Below are positions 24,370 to 32,000 of a stretch of 32,000 nucleotides of DNA, in pieces. The DNA is from Thermoproteus tenax Kra 1 (GTDB lineage Archaea; Thermoproteota; Thermoprotei; Thermoproteales; Thermoproteaceae). Below the pieces are notes generated by a model. It was given only the letters and a program-made list of their open reading frames with translations, searched no databases and had not been told where the DNA came from. The first letter of the stretch is position 1, and each line of letters opens with the position of its first letter. The position numbers and the translations under genes were made by a program. The stretch is taken from NCBI RefSeq assembly GCF_000253055.1, contig NC_016070.1, positions 870,001 through 902,000 on the forward strand, written 5' to 3'.

Positions 24370-25905
24370 TCACACTTCAACAGTATCATCTCCGCCTATT
24401 TCTTTTTTCTTCCGCGTTAGAGCCAGGCCCGCCGAGAGTCCTGCAATGAGCGAGCCGGCGAAGATCTTGAGGAAGCTCTCACTCGTCATAACGGGCAGAG
24501 ATATCTTGGGCGCAAGCTCCTCCAGATACGTCAAACCGTGGTAGCTCACAGCTATAGTGTTAGAAAGGGGTATGACATAGACGACTCCATCCCGGCCTCT
24601 GAAGGTAAGATTGCCCACCATCACCTCGAAGCTATCTAGAGGAGAACCCAAGATGTCTGTCACATATACTCTCACCGCCAGAGAGGTATCGTTTATCACT
24701 ATGAGGGGGGAGGCCCTCTTGTGGTATATCGCTATCGTCGTCCCGTTTAAAGTCACAACCACCGTTATGTTCTGGCCCAGTCTTGAGATCGGCGGATATG
24801 CCGCGCCCACGCCCCAGCCCACCACTTGGATTTTGGGCTTGATGATATCTGTGTGTGCGATAAGGAAGCCGCGATCTAGAGCGGCAGGATAATAGAGAGT
24901 ATCGTTATTCACTACGACGGCTATATAGTAGCTCAAGCCGCTCACGAGACACCTCCCCACTATTTGATTGCCCGTGGCCACGACGTATGTGGTGAGGTTG
25001 TAATCGCTCAGCGGGTTTCCCAGTAGGTCGGTGGCCTTAATCCCCAACAAGGCGGTCGTGTTGATGTACTTGGGGATCTCCGGCATCTGTACTATATACG
25101 TCTCGCCATCGTCCAACTGGACTAAGACCGACACGGGGCGCGCCAACGGGTTGGAGACGTACGCTACGCCGGGACAGTCGCCGATGACAGGCACAGAGAC
25201 TTGGCTCACTAACAGCTGAGGCCTGCCCAATAAGTACCTCTGACCCGGCGCGAACACAAGGCCAGAGATCTGCACTGGGTAACCGCCCGTCACATTCGTG
25301 CCGGGCTCCGGCACGTATACGTAGTAGTCGGGCGCTCTGCTCGACAGATCTATCGGCGTGACGTTGACCAGCCCATAGCCTGTTATTGTTACCGAGCTGC
25401 CGTACGCCAGATAGTCCTCTACATATACGCCGAGCGCGTTCCTCTCGCCTATCTTGAAAACGAACCCGCCAGTCACGTTGGGCTTATATAACGACTTGAC
25501 CTCAATTAGGGCTCCGCCGGTTATGTTTAACTGGGCCGTCCCCAAAAGATTGCTGACGGAGGGCTCTCCGTAAGTTATGCTGATGAGGGGACCCACCGTC
25601 CTCCATTTGTCCACTGCGATCGCCAAGAACGTCCCGCACACATCGCCGGCGACATAGGTCGGCGTGCTATAGGGCTCCACCACGGCCCTCCTCAGATCTC
25701 CCATCTGGTTTATGACGTAGACCGAGCTGATCCCGTAGCCTGACAGCGGGTCCATATAGGCTGTGACGTTGGCGCACCCTCCCAGATAGACGCTGTAGGT
25801 GTAGGGGACGTATGGTATGTTGACCACGCTCAGAGTCGAATTTATGAGCAAGTACAAGAGCGCCAACATCGGCATATGCCGCGCAACAAAAAATAAAGGC
25901 AACAT
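24370..25905 (-). CDS. Predicted secreted, C-terminally anchored, sequon-rich surface protein
   Basis: Hydrophobic N-terminus, a beta-rich body with 13 N-x-S/T sequons by my count, and a C-terminal TM helix (FAGSLIAGLSAGLAL) followed by the basic tail TRKKKE. The start could be ATG 25905 or ATG 25875. Confidence 0.75.
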   Translation of the reverse strand: MLPLFFVARHMPMLALLYLLINSTLSVVNIPYVPYTYSVYLGGCANVTAYMDPLSGYGISSVYVINQMGDLRRAVVEPYSTPTYVAGDVCGTFLAIAVDKWRTVGPLISITYGEPSVSNLLGTAQLNITGGALIEVKSLYKPNVTGGFVFKIGERNALGVYVEDYLAYGSSVTITGYGLVNVTPIDLSSRAPDYYVYVPEPGTNVTGGYPVQISGLVFAPGQRYLLGRPQLLVSQVSVPVIGDCPGVAYVSNPLARPVSVLVQLDDGETYIVQMPEIPKYINTTALLGIKATDLLGNPLSDYNLTTYVVATGNQIVGRCLVSGLSYYIAVVVNNDTLYYPAALDRGFLIAHTDIIKPKIQVVGWGVGAAYPPISRLGQNITVVVTLNGTTIAIYHKRASPLIVINDTSLAVRVYVTDILGSPLDSFEVMVGNLTFRGRDGVVYVIPLSNTIAVSYHGLTYLEELAPKISLPVMTSESFLKIFAGSLIAGLSAGLALTRKKKEIGGDDTVEV

Positions 25906-25932
25906 TTAAGTAGAGGGAGGCCCGTCCTACAC

Positions 25933-26232
25933 ATGAAGTTCGCAGCCGCTTCGGTGTTGTTCTCGTTGATCGCCTTCGCCCTCGCGTTGGTGATGTCAAT
26001 GCCGAGGACCCCTTGGGATCTGCCCATATTGGCCTTTCTGGCTATCATAGACGCGGCGCTATTCGTGTTAGGGAGGAGGGACGTCTCAGCGATGTTGGAT
26101 ATAGCCGCTTCAGAGTGGGAGGCGGCAGAGCTCAGAGCGTTAATGGCGCTGACTATCTCGTTCTTCGCCCTCTCGGCCCTCTCCTTGGGCTACGCAATAC
26201 TTGCCCACGTAGCTCCGTCGGCGCTCGGCTAG
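25933..26232 (+). CDS. Small hydrophobic protein (about 3 TM segments), unknown function
   Basis: 99 aa with three hydrophobic stretches and GC3-rich codons. GAGGGAGG lies upstream of the ATG. Its stop overlaps the convergent coiled-coil gene stop (CTAG). Confidence 0.55.
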   Translation: MKFAAASVLFSLIAFALALVMSMPRTPWDLPILAFLAIIDAALFVLGRRDVSAMLDIAASEWEAAELRALMALTISFFALSALSLGYAILAHVAPSALG

Positions 26233-27458
26233 CTTTTTCTGGCCGCCTCCTCAAGCCTCCTCTGGCACTCCTCAAGTCTGCTTTTGATCTCAGCCACTGC
26301 CGCCTCCCTCAATAACAGAGATCTGTAGAAGGAGAGTATCTCCCTCTCCTGCTCCAAGAGCCTCTTCTGCCACTCGGCCAACCTAGCCTCCTCCTCCATT
26401 AGCCTCCTTGCGAAGGGCGCCAGTCCATCCATCAATTCCCTCTCCTTCTGGCGGACATACTCCTCCATCTTGGCGTACTCGGCCTCCTTGCTCTTGAGGG
26501 CCTCCTCAATGTTCTTGTACTTTTCCACAAGCTCCTCGAGCTCCTTCTTCTTGCCCTCTACCCGCCTCTCGTACTCCTCCAGCTCTGCCCTCTTGGCCTC
26601 AAGTTGGCGTATCAGCTCGGCGGCTTCTCTGCCCTTAGCCTCCAAATCTCTCGCCCGCGCCTCCCTCTGCTCCAGCTCTGCCCTCTTGGCCTCTAGCTCT
26701 TGTTGTAGCTTCTTTAGCTCTAGGTCGCGCCTAAGTACGTCCTCCTCCCTCTCCTTGAGGCGCCTTTCCCTATCCTCCAGCTCTTGGATTAAGGCCGTAT
26801 ATCTGTTTATGGCCGACCTCAGCTCATCCAGTGCGGGCCTCGCAGAGGTGGAGAGCTCGGCCAGCTTCTTGAGCTCCTGGGCTAAGGCCTCTACCTCTCC
26901 CTCCCTCTTCTTGAGCGCCTCCTCTCTGGCCTTAAGCTCCGCCTCGCGGTACGCCAGCTGTCTGACTTTGCCGTCGTAGTCTTGGAGCCGCGCCGTCAAC
27001 TCCTTAGTCAGCTCCAACATAGACGCCGCGATAGTCCTTATTTGGGCAGCGGAGTTGTTGAGGCTCTCGAGGAGGGCAGAGGCGTTCTGGAGCTTCGATA
27101 TTACGTCGTTGACTGAGGACAAAGAGGTCGACAAGGCGCCCGAAGCCTCTATAACGCTGTTGGCGGACTGGTTTAGCTTCGACATTACGTCGGCCAGCTC
27201 GCGCTGGCGCGAGGCCGCATCGGACATTTCTCTGACTATCTCATTCAATTTTGCTACACTGTCTATCAAGTCCCTTATGCTCCTAGAGATTAAGTTAGAC
27301 AGCCCGTCGACGGACTTCTTTATGTCGATGAGGCTGGCTCTGAGATCTGGAGGCACCGAGCCCTTTATTTCGTCAAGCTTGGAGCTTATTGAGGCCAAGG
27401 CGTTGTCTATCCTCGATACGACGTCCTCTAACCTCTTGGTGTCCTCCCTCCTGAACAC
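26229..27458 (-). CDS. Long coiled-coil protein, unknown function
   Basis: 409 aa with no TM segment. The N-terminal half is Ser/Asn/Leu-rich helical repeats and the C-terminal half is E/K/R/L-rich coiled coil with a duplicated LEAKRAELE. GTG start lies about 25 nt downstream of the A/T box at 27477-27490. Confidence 0.8.
   Translation of the reverse strand: MFRREDTKRLEDVVSRIDNALASISSKLDEIKGSVPPDLRASLIDIKKSVDGLSNLISRSIRDLIDSVAKLNEIVREMSDAASRQRELADVMSKLNQSANSVIEASGALSTSLSSVNDVISKLQNASALLESLNNSAAQIRTIAASMLELTKELTARLQDYDGKVRQLAYREAELKAREEALKKREGEVEALAQELKKLAELSTSARPALDELRSAINRYTALIQELEDRERRLKEREEDVLRRDLELKKLQQELEAKRAELEQREARARDLEAKGREAAELIRQLEAKRAELEEYERRVEGKKKELEELVEKYKNIEEALKSKEAEYAKMEEYVRQKERELMDGLAPFARRLMEEEARLAEWQKRLLEQEREILSFYRSLLLREAAVAEIKSRLEECQRRLEEAARKS
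26577..26693 (-). repeat. Intragenic direct repeat: two perfect 24-nt copies 93 nt apart
   Basis: ctccagctctgccctcttggcctc occurs at 26577-26600 and again at 26670-26693. Both copies encode EAKRAELE, 31 codons apart. Confidence 0.9.
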
Positions 27459-27476
27459 GCAGCTCTATGCTAACAG

Positions 27477-27490
27477 CTTTAAATTATTTA
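27477..27490 (-). promoter_or_regulatory. TATA-like box for the 409-aa coiled-coil gene, overlapping the stop of the 112-aa gene
   Basis: The minus strand reads TAAATAATTTAAAG, centred about 25 nt upstream of GTG 27458. Confidence 0.45.
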
Positions 27491-27822
27491 CGCATTTTCT
27501 CCAATATCTCTTGGAGGGCGGCCAAACGCTCCATCAGGGCCTCGCATGCAACATCCCTCCGTCTGAGTTCCTCCAGTAGTATATTCCTTTGGTATGCCAG
27601 CTCCTCCACAGCTCTCTCTACAATGGAGTTGGCCTTGTCTATCGCCTCTTGTAATCTAGATACAGTAATCTCCACATTGGGCGGCGTCTGAGGCCTCTGC
27701 GGGGCCTCGACTTTGGCCGAAAGGTCGGCGACTTGTTTGGAGAGGGCCGACAAACTCCGGCGTAGCTCGTCCAACTCCCTCAAGACCTCTTGAAGTATCT
27801 CCTCTGTCGGCAAGCTCTCCAT
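27484..27822 (-). CDS. Small coiled-coil protein, unknown function
   Basis: 112 aa: two amphipathic helical segments separated by a Pro-rich linker (EAPQRPQTPPN). ATG lies about 26 nt downstream of the A/T box at 27841-27855. Confidence 0.7.
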   Translation of the reverse strand: MESLPTEEILQEVLRELDELRRSLSALSKQVADLSAKVEAPQRPQTPPNVEITVSRLQEAIDKANSIVERAVEELAYQRNILLEELRRRDVACEALMERLAALQEILEKMRK

Positions 27823-27840
27823 GGCAGACAGTGGCGTTAT

Positions 27841-27855
27841 CTTAATATAATTAAC
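27841..27855. promoter_or_regulatory. A/T box between the divergent 112-aa coiled-coil gene and the hexapeptide transferase
   Basis: CTTAATATAATTAAC lies about 26 nt from ATG 27822 (minus strand) but only about 16 nt from ATG 27864 (plus strand). Confidence 0.45.
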
Positions 27856-27863
27856 GTGGAGCC

Positions 27864-28547
27864 ATGGGGTTCATATCAAGAAAGGCGGTGGTGCTCGCTC
27901 GGTATGTGGACCACGCTGCAGTGATCTTGGGACCGACCACAATAGGAAGAGACGCAGTCGTCGACGCCGTAGTCATCGGCTATCCGACCCGCGGAAAGCT
28001 CCTAGGGAGCTTCGCGTCCATGGACGAGGTCAGTGAGGGCGCACGGATAGGGGACAGGGCTATAATCAGAGGAGGCTCCGTGATATACGAGAGAGTGGCG
28101 ATTGGGTCAGACGTCGAGCTGGGCCACAACGTGTTGATAAGAGAGGAGACTCAGATCGACGATGGCGTCAGAATAGGCACAGGGACTATAATAGAGAAGG
28201 GAGTAAAGATAGGGAGGAGCGCGTGGATACAGTCGATGGTCTATATACCTAACGGCACAATAATAGAGGAGGGGGTCTTCATAGGGCCCAACGCTGTTAT
28301 TACAAACGACAAATATCCTCCGAGCAAGCGGCTCGACCCTGTGGTCATCAAGAGGGGTGCAGTGATAGGAGCGAACGCCACATTGGTGGCGGGGATCGAG
28401 ATAGGGGAGGGCTCCGTCGTGGCCGCTGGGGCCGTGGTCACGAGAGATGTGCCGCCCGGCGTAGTGGTGGCGGGGGTGCCTGCCCGCGAGATATCCAGAG
28501 TGGACGATTATCTGAAGAAGCGCGAGGCGTACGAGAGGGAGCCCTAG
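27864..28547 (+). CDS. Left-handed beta-helix (hexapeptide-repeat) acyl/acetyltransferase
   Basis: Repeated [LIV]-G-x4 hexapeptides throughout ([45 protein letters not shown]). C-terminal GVPAREI. Confidence 0.8.
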   Translation: MGFISRKAVVLARYVDHAAVILGPTTIGRDAVVDAVVIGYPTRGKLLGSFASMDEVSEGARIGDRAIIRGGSVIYERVAIGSDVELGHNVLIREETQIDDGVRIGTGTIIEKGVKIGRSAWIQSMVYIPNGTIIEEGVFIGPNAVITNDKYPPSKRLDPVVIKRGAVIGANATLVAGIEIGEGSVVAAGAVVTRDVPPGVVVAGVPAREISRVDDYLKKREAYEREP

Positions 28548-30805
28548 AGCCCAACGATAGCCCTCCTCATCCTTTTCGACACCTCCTCGTACATCTTTAT
28601 ATCCTCCTTAGTCAACGACGGCGGTATCCTCTTGAGCGCCTCCTCGAAGTGTTGACGTGACACCGGCCTGGCGCCGCTGGCCCTCTCTCTTATTGTCTCC
28701 CTCAGAGCCAACATGGCGGCCTCGCGCACAAGCGCCGCTATGTCGGCGCCAGTGTAGCCCTCGGTCCTCTTGGCCAGCTCCTCCAGATCGACTACCTCCT
28801 CCTTCTTACATCTGCCCTCCTTCACGGCCGATGTATCGCATAATTTAACTCTCTTGGTGTGCACTTTGAAGATCTCCAACCTCGCCTTTTCGTCGGGCGG
28901 CGGGACGTAGATTATACGGTCGAAGCGGCCTGGCCTCAACAGGGCTGGATCCAAGATGTCGGGCCGGTTTGTGGCCGCCATGACTACTACGTTCTTCAGA
29001 GCGCCTATTCCGTCCATCTCCGCCAGCATCTGGTTCACGATTCTGTCAGTTACGCCAGAGTCGCCTAGGCGGGAGCCGCGGGCTGGAGCAATAGAGTCTA
29101 TCTCGTCGAAGAAGACTACGCATGGAGCAGCCATCCTGGCCCTCTTGAAGATCTCCCTAACCGCCTTCTCCGATTCGCCGACCCACTTGGAGAGGATCTC
29201 GGGCCCCCTCACGGCGATGAAGTTGGCGCCCGACTCTGTTGCCACCGCCTTGGCGAACATGGTCTTGCCCACGCCCGGAGGCCCGTACAAGAGTATCCCC
29301 TTGGGCGGCTCTATGCCGAGCTCGTCGAAATAGGGTCTATACTTCATGGGCCACTCAACGATCTCCCTCAGCTCCTGTTTTATGTTGTCGTAGCCGCCTA
29401 TGTCGTCCCAACGAACCTCGGGCACCTCTATGATCACTTCCCTTAAGACGGTGGGTTGTACGAACTTCATCGCCTCCATGAAGTCCGACATACCCACCTT
29501 GAGTTTGTTGAGCACCTCGGGCGGTATTGTCTCTTGGTCTAGGTCTACCAATCCCTTAGCCACAGCCTTCCTCAACGCAGACATGGCCGCCTCCTTGGCC
29601 AAGGCGGCTATGTCGGCCCCAGTGTAGCCGTGGGTCATCTCGGCGATTCTATCTAGGTCTACCTCATCGCCCTTGGCGCAGAGACCTAATTTGACGTCAT
29701 CGCTTGTGCACAACGGCATGTTCCTCGTGTGGACTTGGAGTATCTCGCGCCTAGCTCTCTTGTCCGGCATCGGTATCTGGATCTCTCTGTCGAACCTCCC
29801 GGGCCTCCTCAACGCCGGGTCCACGGCGTCGGGCCTATTCGTCGCGCCTATTACGACTATCTGCCCCCTCTCCTGCAGACCGTCCATCAGAGTCAACAGC
29901 TGGGCCACGACCCTCTTCTCGACCTCCCCCGTCACCTCCTCCCTCTTTGGGGCTATGGCGTCTATCTCGTCTATGAAGATTATGGCCGGGGCGTTCTTCT
30001 TGGCCTCCTCGAATATCTCCCTCAGCTTGGCCTCGGACTCGCCGTAGTATTTGGACATTATCTCGGGGCCGTTTATGGCTATGAAGTACGCGTTGGCCTC
30101 GTTGGCCACCGCCTTGGCGAGGAGGGTCTTGCCCACGCCCGGAGGCCCGTACAAGAGTATCCCCTTGGGCGGCTCTATGCCCAGATGTTTGAACAGCTCG
30201 GGGTGCCTCAGCGGGAGCTCCACTAGCTCCCTTATCTTCTGTTTCGCCTCCTCCAGATCGCCGATGTCCTCCCAAGTGACGCGAGGGATGGCCAGCTCGG
30301 TCTCCTTGACGGGCTCCTCCCTTACAGCCACGTCGGTGTCAACCGACACGTAGGCCGCCGGGCCTGGTTGCACTTGAACTACTACAAACCTTATGGAGCC
30401 GCCATAGAAGGGCACGTCTATGGCCTGTCCGCGCGTCACAGGCTTGCCCAGAAGGATCTGCTTCTTGAGGTACTCCGGGTCTACTCTGACGGGCTCCGTA
30501 GGGGCCAAGACTACCCTTTGGGCTGGCTTCAGCGAGACCCTCCTCACTTTGACCGTATCCCCTATGCCCACGCCAGCGTTCTGCCTTATCATGCCGTCCA
30601 TGCGTATTATGTCTTTGTCCTCGTCCTCAGGATAGGCCGGCCACACTTGCGCATAGGCCGTCTTGCGCCCCACGATCTCAACGTAGTCGCCCGGCTCTAC
30701 GCCGAGCTTCTTCATGACTCTTATCGGTATCCTAACTATCGAGCGCCCAACGTCGCGGGACTTCGCTTCGTATATGCGCAGAATGACCTCATCGGCCATG
30801 CTCAT
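28544..30805 (-). CDS. cdc48: CDC48/VCP-like AAA+ ATPase (two ATPase domains)
   Basis: N-domain [29 protein letters not shown], two Walker A sites [11 protein letters not shown], and two Walker B sites ([16 protein letters not shown]). ATG 30805 or 30799 fits the A/T box at 30819-30827. The track start at 30892 would run into the hsp20 promoter. Confidence 0.9.
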   Translation of the reverse strand: MSMADEVILRIYEAKSRDVGRSIVRIPIRVMKKLGVEPGDYVEIVGRKTAYAQVWPAYPEDEDKDIIRMDGMIRQNAGVGIGDTVKVRRVSLKPAQRVVLAPTEPVRVDPEYLKKQILLGKPVTRGQAIDVPFYGGSIRFVVVQVQPGPAAYVSVDTDVAVREEPVKETELAIPRVTWEDIGDLEEAKQKIRELVELPLRHPELFKHLGIEPPKGILLYGPPGVGKTLLAKAVANEANAYFIAINGPEIMSKYYGESEAKLREIFEEAKKNAPAIIFIDEIDAIAPKREEVTGEVEKRVVAQLLTLMDGLQERGQIVVIGATNRPDAVDPALRRPGRFDREIQIPMPDKRARREILQVHTRNMPLCTSDDVKLGLCAKGDEVDLDRIAEMTHGYTGADIAALAKEAAMSALRKAVAKGLVDLDQETIPPEVLNKLKVGMSDFMEAMKFVQPTVLREVIIEVPEVRWDDIGGYDNIKQELREIVEWPMKYRPYFDELGIEPPKGILLYGPPGVGKTMFAKAVATESGANFIAVRGPEILSKWVGESEKAVREIFKRARMAAPCVVFFDEIDSIAPARGSRLGDSGVTDRIVNQMLAEMDGIGALKNVVVMAATNRPDILDPALLRPGRFDRIIYVPPPDEKARLEIFKVHTKRVKLCDTSAVKEGRCKKEEVVDLEELAKRTEGYTGADIAALVREAAMLALRETIRERASGARPVSRQHFEEALKRIPPSLTKEDIKMYEEVSKRMRRAIVGL

Positions 30806-30818
30806 GGCCCTCCCCTGT

Positions 30819-30827
30819 CTATAAAAG
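30819..30827 (-). promoter_or_regulatory. TATA-like box for cdc48
   Basis: The minus strand reads CTTTTATAG, 18-24 nt upstream of ATG 30805/30799. Confidence 0.5.
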
Positions 30828-30871
30828 CTTTCTTCATCGCGCCGGCGACTCTGCGCCAATGGCGGAGATGA

Positions 30872-30883
30872 GTTTTTAAGAGG
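30872..30883 (+). promoter_or_regulatory. TATA-like box for hsp20
   Basis: GTTTTTAAGAGG is centred about 24 nt upstream of ATG 30901 and is flanked by the short inverted repeat ATGAG (30868-30872) / CTCAT (30888-30892). Confidence 0.5.
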
Positions 30884-30900
30884 AAGTCTCATTTACGTAT

Positions 30901-31425
30901 ATGTCCATCTTCGACGAAATCGACAGAATAATGAGAAGATGGCAGAGGTTCTTTGAAGACTTAGAGAAAGAGATCGACGAGGAGTTCAGACGCCTCGCCT
31001 CACAACAGTATCAGTCCCCAAGAAGGCCGCGGTTTTACTACTACGGTTTCGAGATAACTATGGGCCCGGACGGGAAGCCCGTCGTCAGAGAGTTCGGGAA
31101 CGTCAGAGGCAGGAAACAAGGAGGCATCGAGGTCGTCGACGAGATTGAACCGTTGACGGACGTCGTTGAGGACGATGGGAAAATAAGAGTCGTCGCCGAG
31201 ATGCCCGGGGTCGAGAAGGAGGATATAAAGGTGAGGCTCTCCAACGACAACAGAACACTGATAATAAGCGCCTCCGGTAAGGACAGAAAGTATTACAAAG
31301 AGATACCTCTGCCCGCCGAAGTGATCCCAGACAAGACCAAGGCCTCCTACAGAAACGGCGTTTTGACAGTGGAGCTTGAAAAGAAGGACAAGGGACGGGG
31401 CGGTTTCGAGATCAAAGTAGAGTAG
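30901..31425 (+). CDS. hsp20: Small heat-shock protein (Hsp20/alpha-crystallin family)
   Basis: Alpha-crystallin domain blocks VVAEMPGVEKEDIKV, LIISAS and ASYRNGVLTVEL. ATG lies about 24 nt downstream of the A/T box at 30872-30883. Confidence 0.9.
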   Translation: MSIFDEIDRIMRRWQRFFEDLEKEIDEEFRRLASQQYQSPRRPRFYYYGFEITMGPDGKPVVREFGNVRGRKQGGIEVVDEIEPLTDVVEDDGKIRVVAEMPGVEKEDIKVRLSNDNRTLIISASGKDRKYYKEIPLPAEVIPDKTKASYRNGVLTVELEKKDKGRGGFEIKVE

Positions 31426-31999
31426 GCAGCTCCTGGGCCAACGCCTTGATGAGCTCCACTGCGTTTTTTAAGTCATCTAAGTGCACCATCTCGGCGGGGC
31501 TGTGGGCGTACTTGTTGGGTATGCCGATGGCCACGGCAAGCACGCCGGCTTGAACGAAAGCCGCCGCATCGGTGCCTCCCCCGCCTCCGCCTATTTGGAC
31601 CGGTATTCCCCTCCTCCTCGCTAAGTCTAGCACCGCCCTCGCCAAACGCGTCGCGTAGCCTCCGTAGTTATCAAACAGCCTTATCACGGGGCCCTTCCCG
31701 GGCTTAACTGGGCCGTTGACAGCGGGGTTGCAACACGCCATTGTGTCCACAACTACGGCGTACTTCACATCGAGCTTTCTCGAGATCCACTTGGCCCCCA
31801 CTAGCCCGACCTCTTCCTGAGTGGTCCACACAAATTTGGCATCTACCTCTCTCGACGCTGCCAACAACGCCCATGTGCCCGCTCTGTCGTCTAGAGACGG
31901 CGATGTCACAAAGCGCCCCGCGACGGCCGGCCTCTTCTCGAAGGCTATGGGCGTCAATGGGCCGAAGCCCAAGGACTCAAGCTCCTCCTTCGTCAAGCC
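31412..31999 (-). CDS. M42 family metallopeptidase paralog, N-terminus beyond the window edge
   Basis: The C-terminal ~195 aa include SLDDRAG, QEEVGLVGA and the GIPNKYAHSPAE blocks, parallel to the M42 gene at 15564-16652. The frame stays open to the window end. Its 3' end overlaps hsp20 by 14 nt. Confidence 0.8.
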   Translation of the reverse strand, partial: GLTKEELESLGFGPLTPIAFEKRPAVAGRFVTSPSLDDRAGTWALLAASREVDAKFVWTTQEEVGLVGAKWISRKLDVKYAVVVDTMACCNPAVNGPVKPGKGPVIRLFDNYGGYATRLARAVLDLARRRGIPVQIGGGGGGTDAAAFVQAGVLAVAIGIPNKYAHSPAEMVHLDDLKNAVELIKALAQELPTLL

Positions 32000-32000
32000 G

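Noticed and set aside
26470-27579. Long plus-strand ORFs (169 aa and 174 aa, Ser/Leu-rich) overlapping the coiled-coil genes
   Set aside because: They are antisense shadows of GAG/AAG/CTC-rich coiled-coil coding sequence. They are low-complexity S/L strings with no start context or promoter, while the minus-strand frames give coherent heptad-rich proteins.
26229-27822. Assigning the two coiled-coil proteins to the crenactin/arcadin cytoskeleton
   Set aside because: No actin-fold gene is present in the window, and I cannot verify sequence similarity to arcadins from memory. They are kept as unknown coiled-coil proteins.
30806-30892. 29-aa N-terminal extension of CDC48 ([29 protein letters not shown]) from the six-frame ORF
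   Set aside because: The extension would span the cdc48 TATA-like box and reach the hsp20 promoter. The conserved N-domain begins right after the internal ATGs at 30805/30799.
1-32000. CRISPR arrays, cas genes, transposases, integrases, toxin-antitoxin or other defence modules
   Set aside because: I saw no regularly spaced direct repeats and no ORF with nuclease, integrase or transposase motifs. The only repeats found are the intragenic 24-mer and the tRNA intron homology.

Overview
Dense, GC-rich archaeal chromosome segment. Cren7, tRNA genes with non-canonical introns, TATA boxes about 25 nt upstream of mostly leaderless starts, and archaeal-type riboflavin genes point to a hyperthermophilic crenarchaeon of the Thermoproteales (Pyrobaculum/Thermoproteus-like); this assignment is an inference. 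Left to right: riboflavin genes (GTP cyclohydrolase III, pyrimidine reductase, RibB); a six-gene minus-strand string (hypothetical, NUDIX, DUF4382, TrmO-like, glyoxylate reductase, YkgJ); a family III CoA-transferase; an RNA island (intron-containing tRNA-Asp, a ~330-nt structured non-coding region with RNase P RNA-like motifs, two-intron tRNA-Glu); MarC and Cren7; MetE-like methionine synthase; an ~11-kb fatty-acid beta-oxidation supercluster; aIF2-beta, TusA-like, DsrE-like and RtcB; a short CorA-like protein; an uncharacterised block (DUF1512-like, a sequon-rich surface protein, a small membrane protein, two coiled-coil proteins); a hexapeptide acyltransferase; and divergent CDC48 and Hsp20 genes, ending in a truncated M42 peptidase. 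I saw no CRISPR array, transposase, integrase or recognisable defence genes. The most interesting items are the RNase P-like ncRNA flanked by tRNAs carrying homologous introns, the uncharacterised envelope/coiled-coil block at 23.2-27.8 kb, the coupling of translation and tRNA-repair genes to sulfur-relay-fold proteins (one with no cysteine), and twin Cx9C insertions in both ATPase domains of CDC48. All family calls rest on motif recognition from memory; no searches were run.
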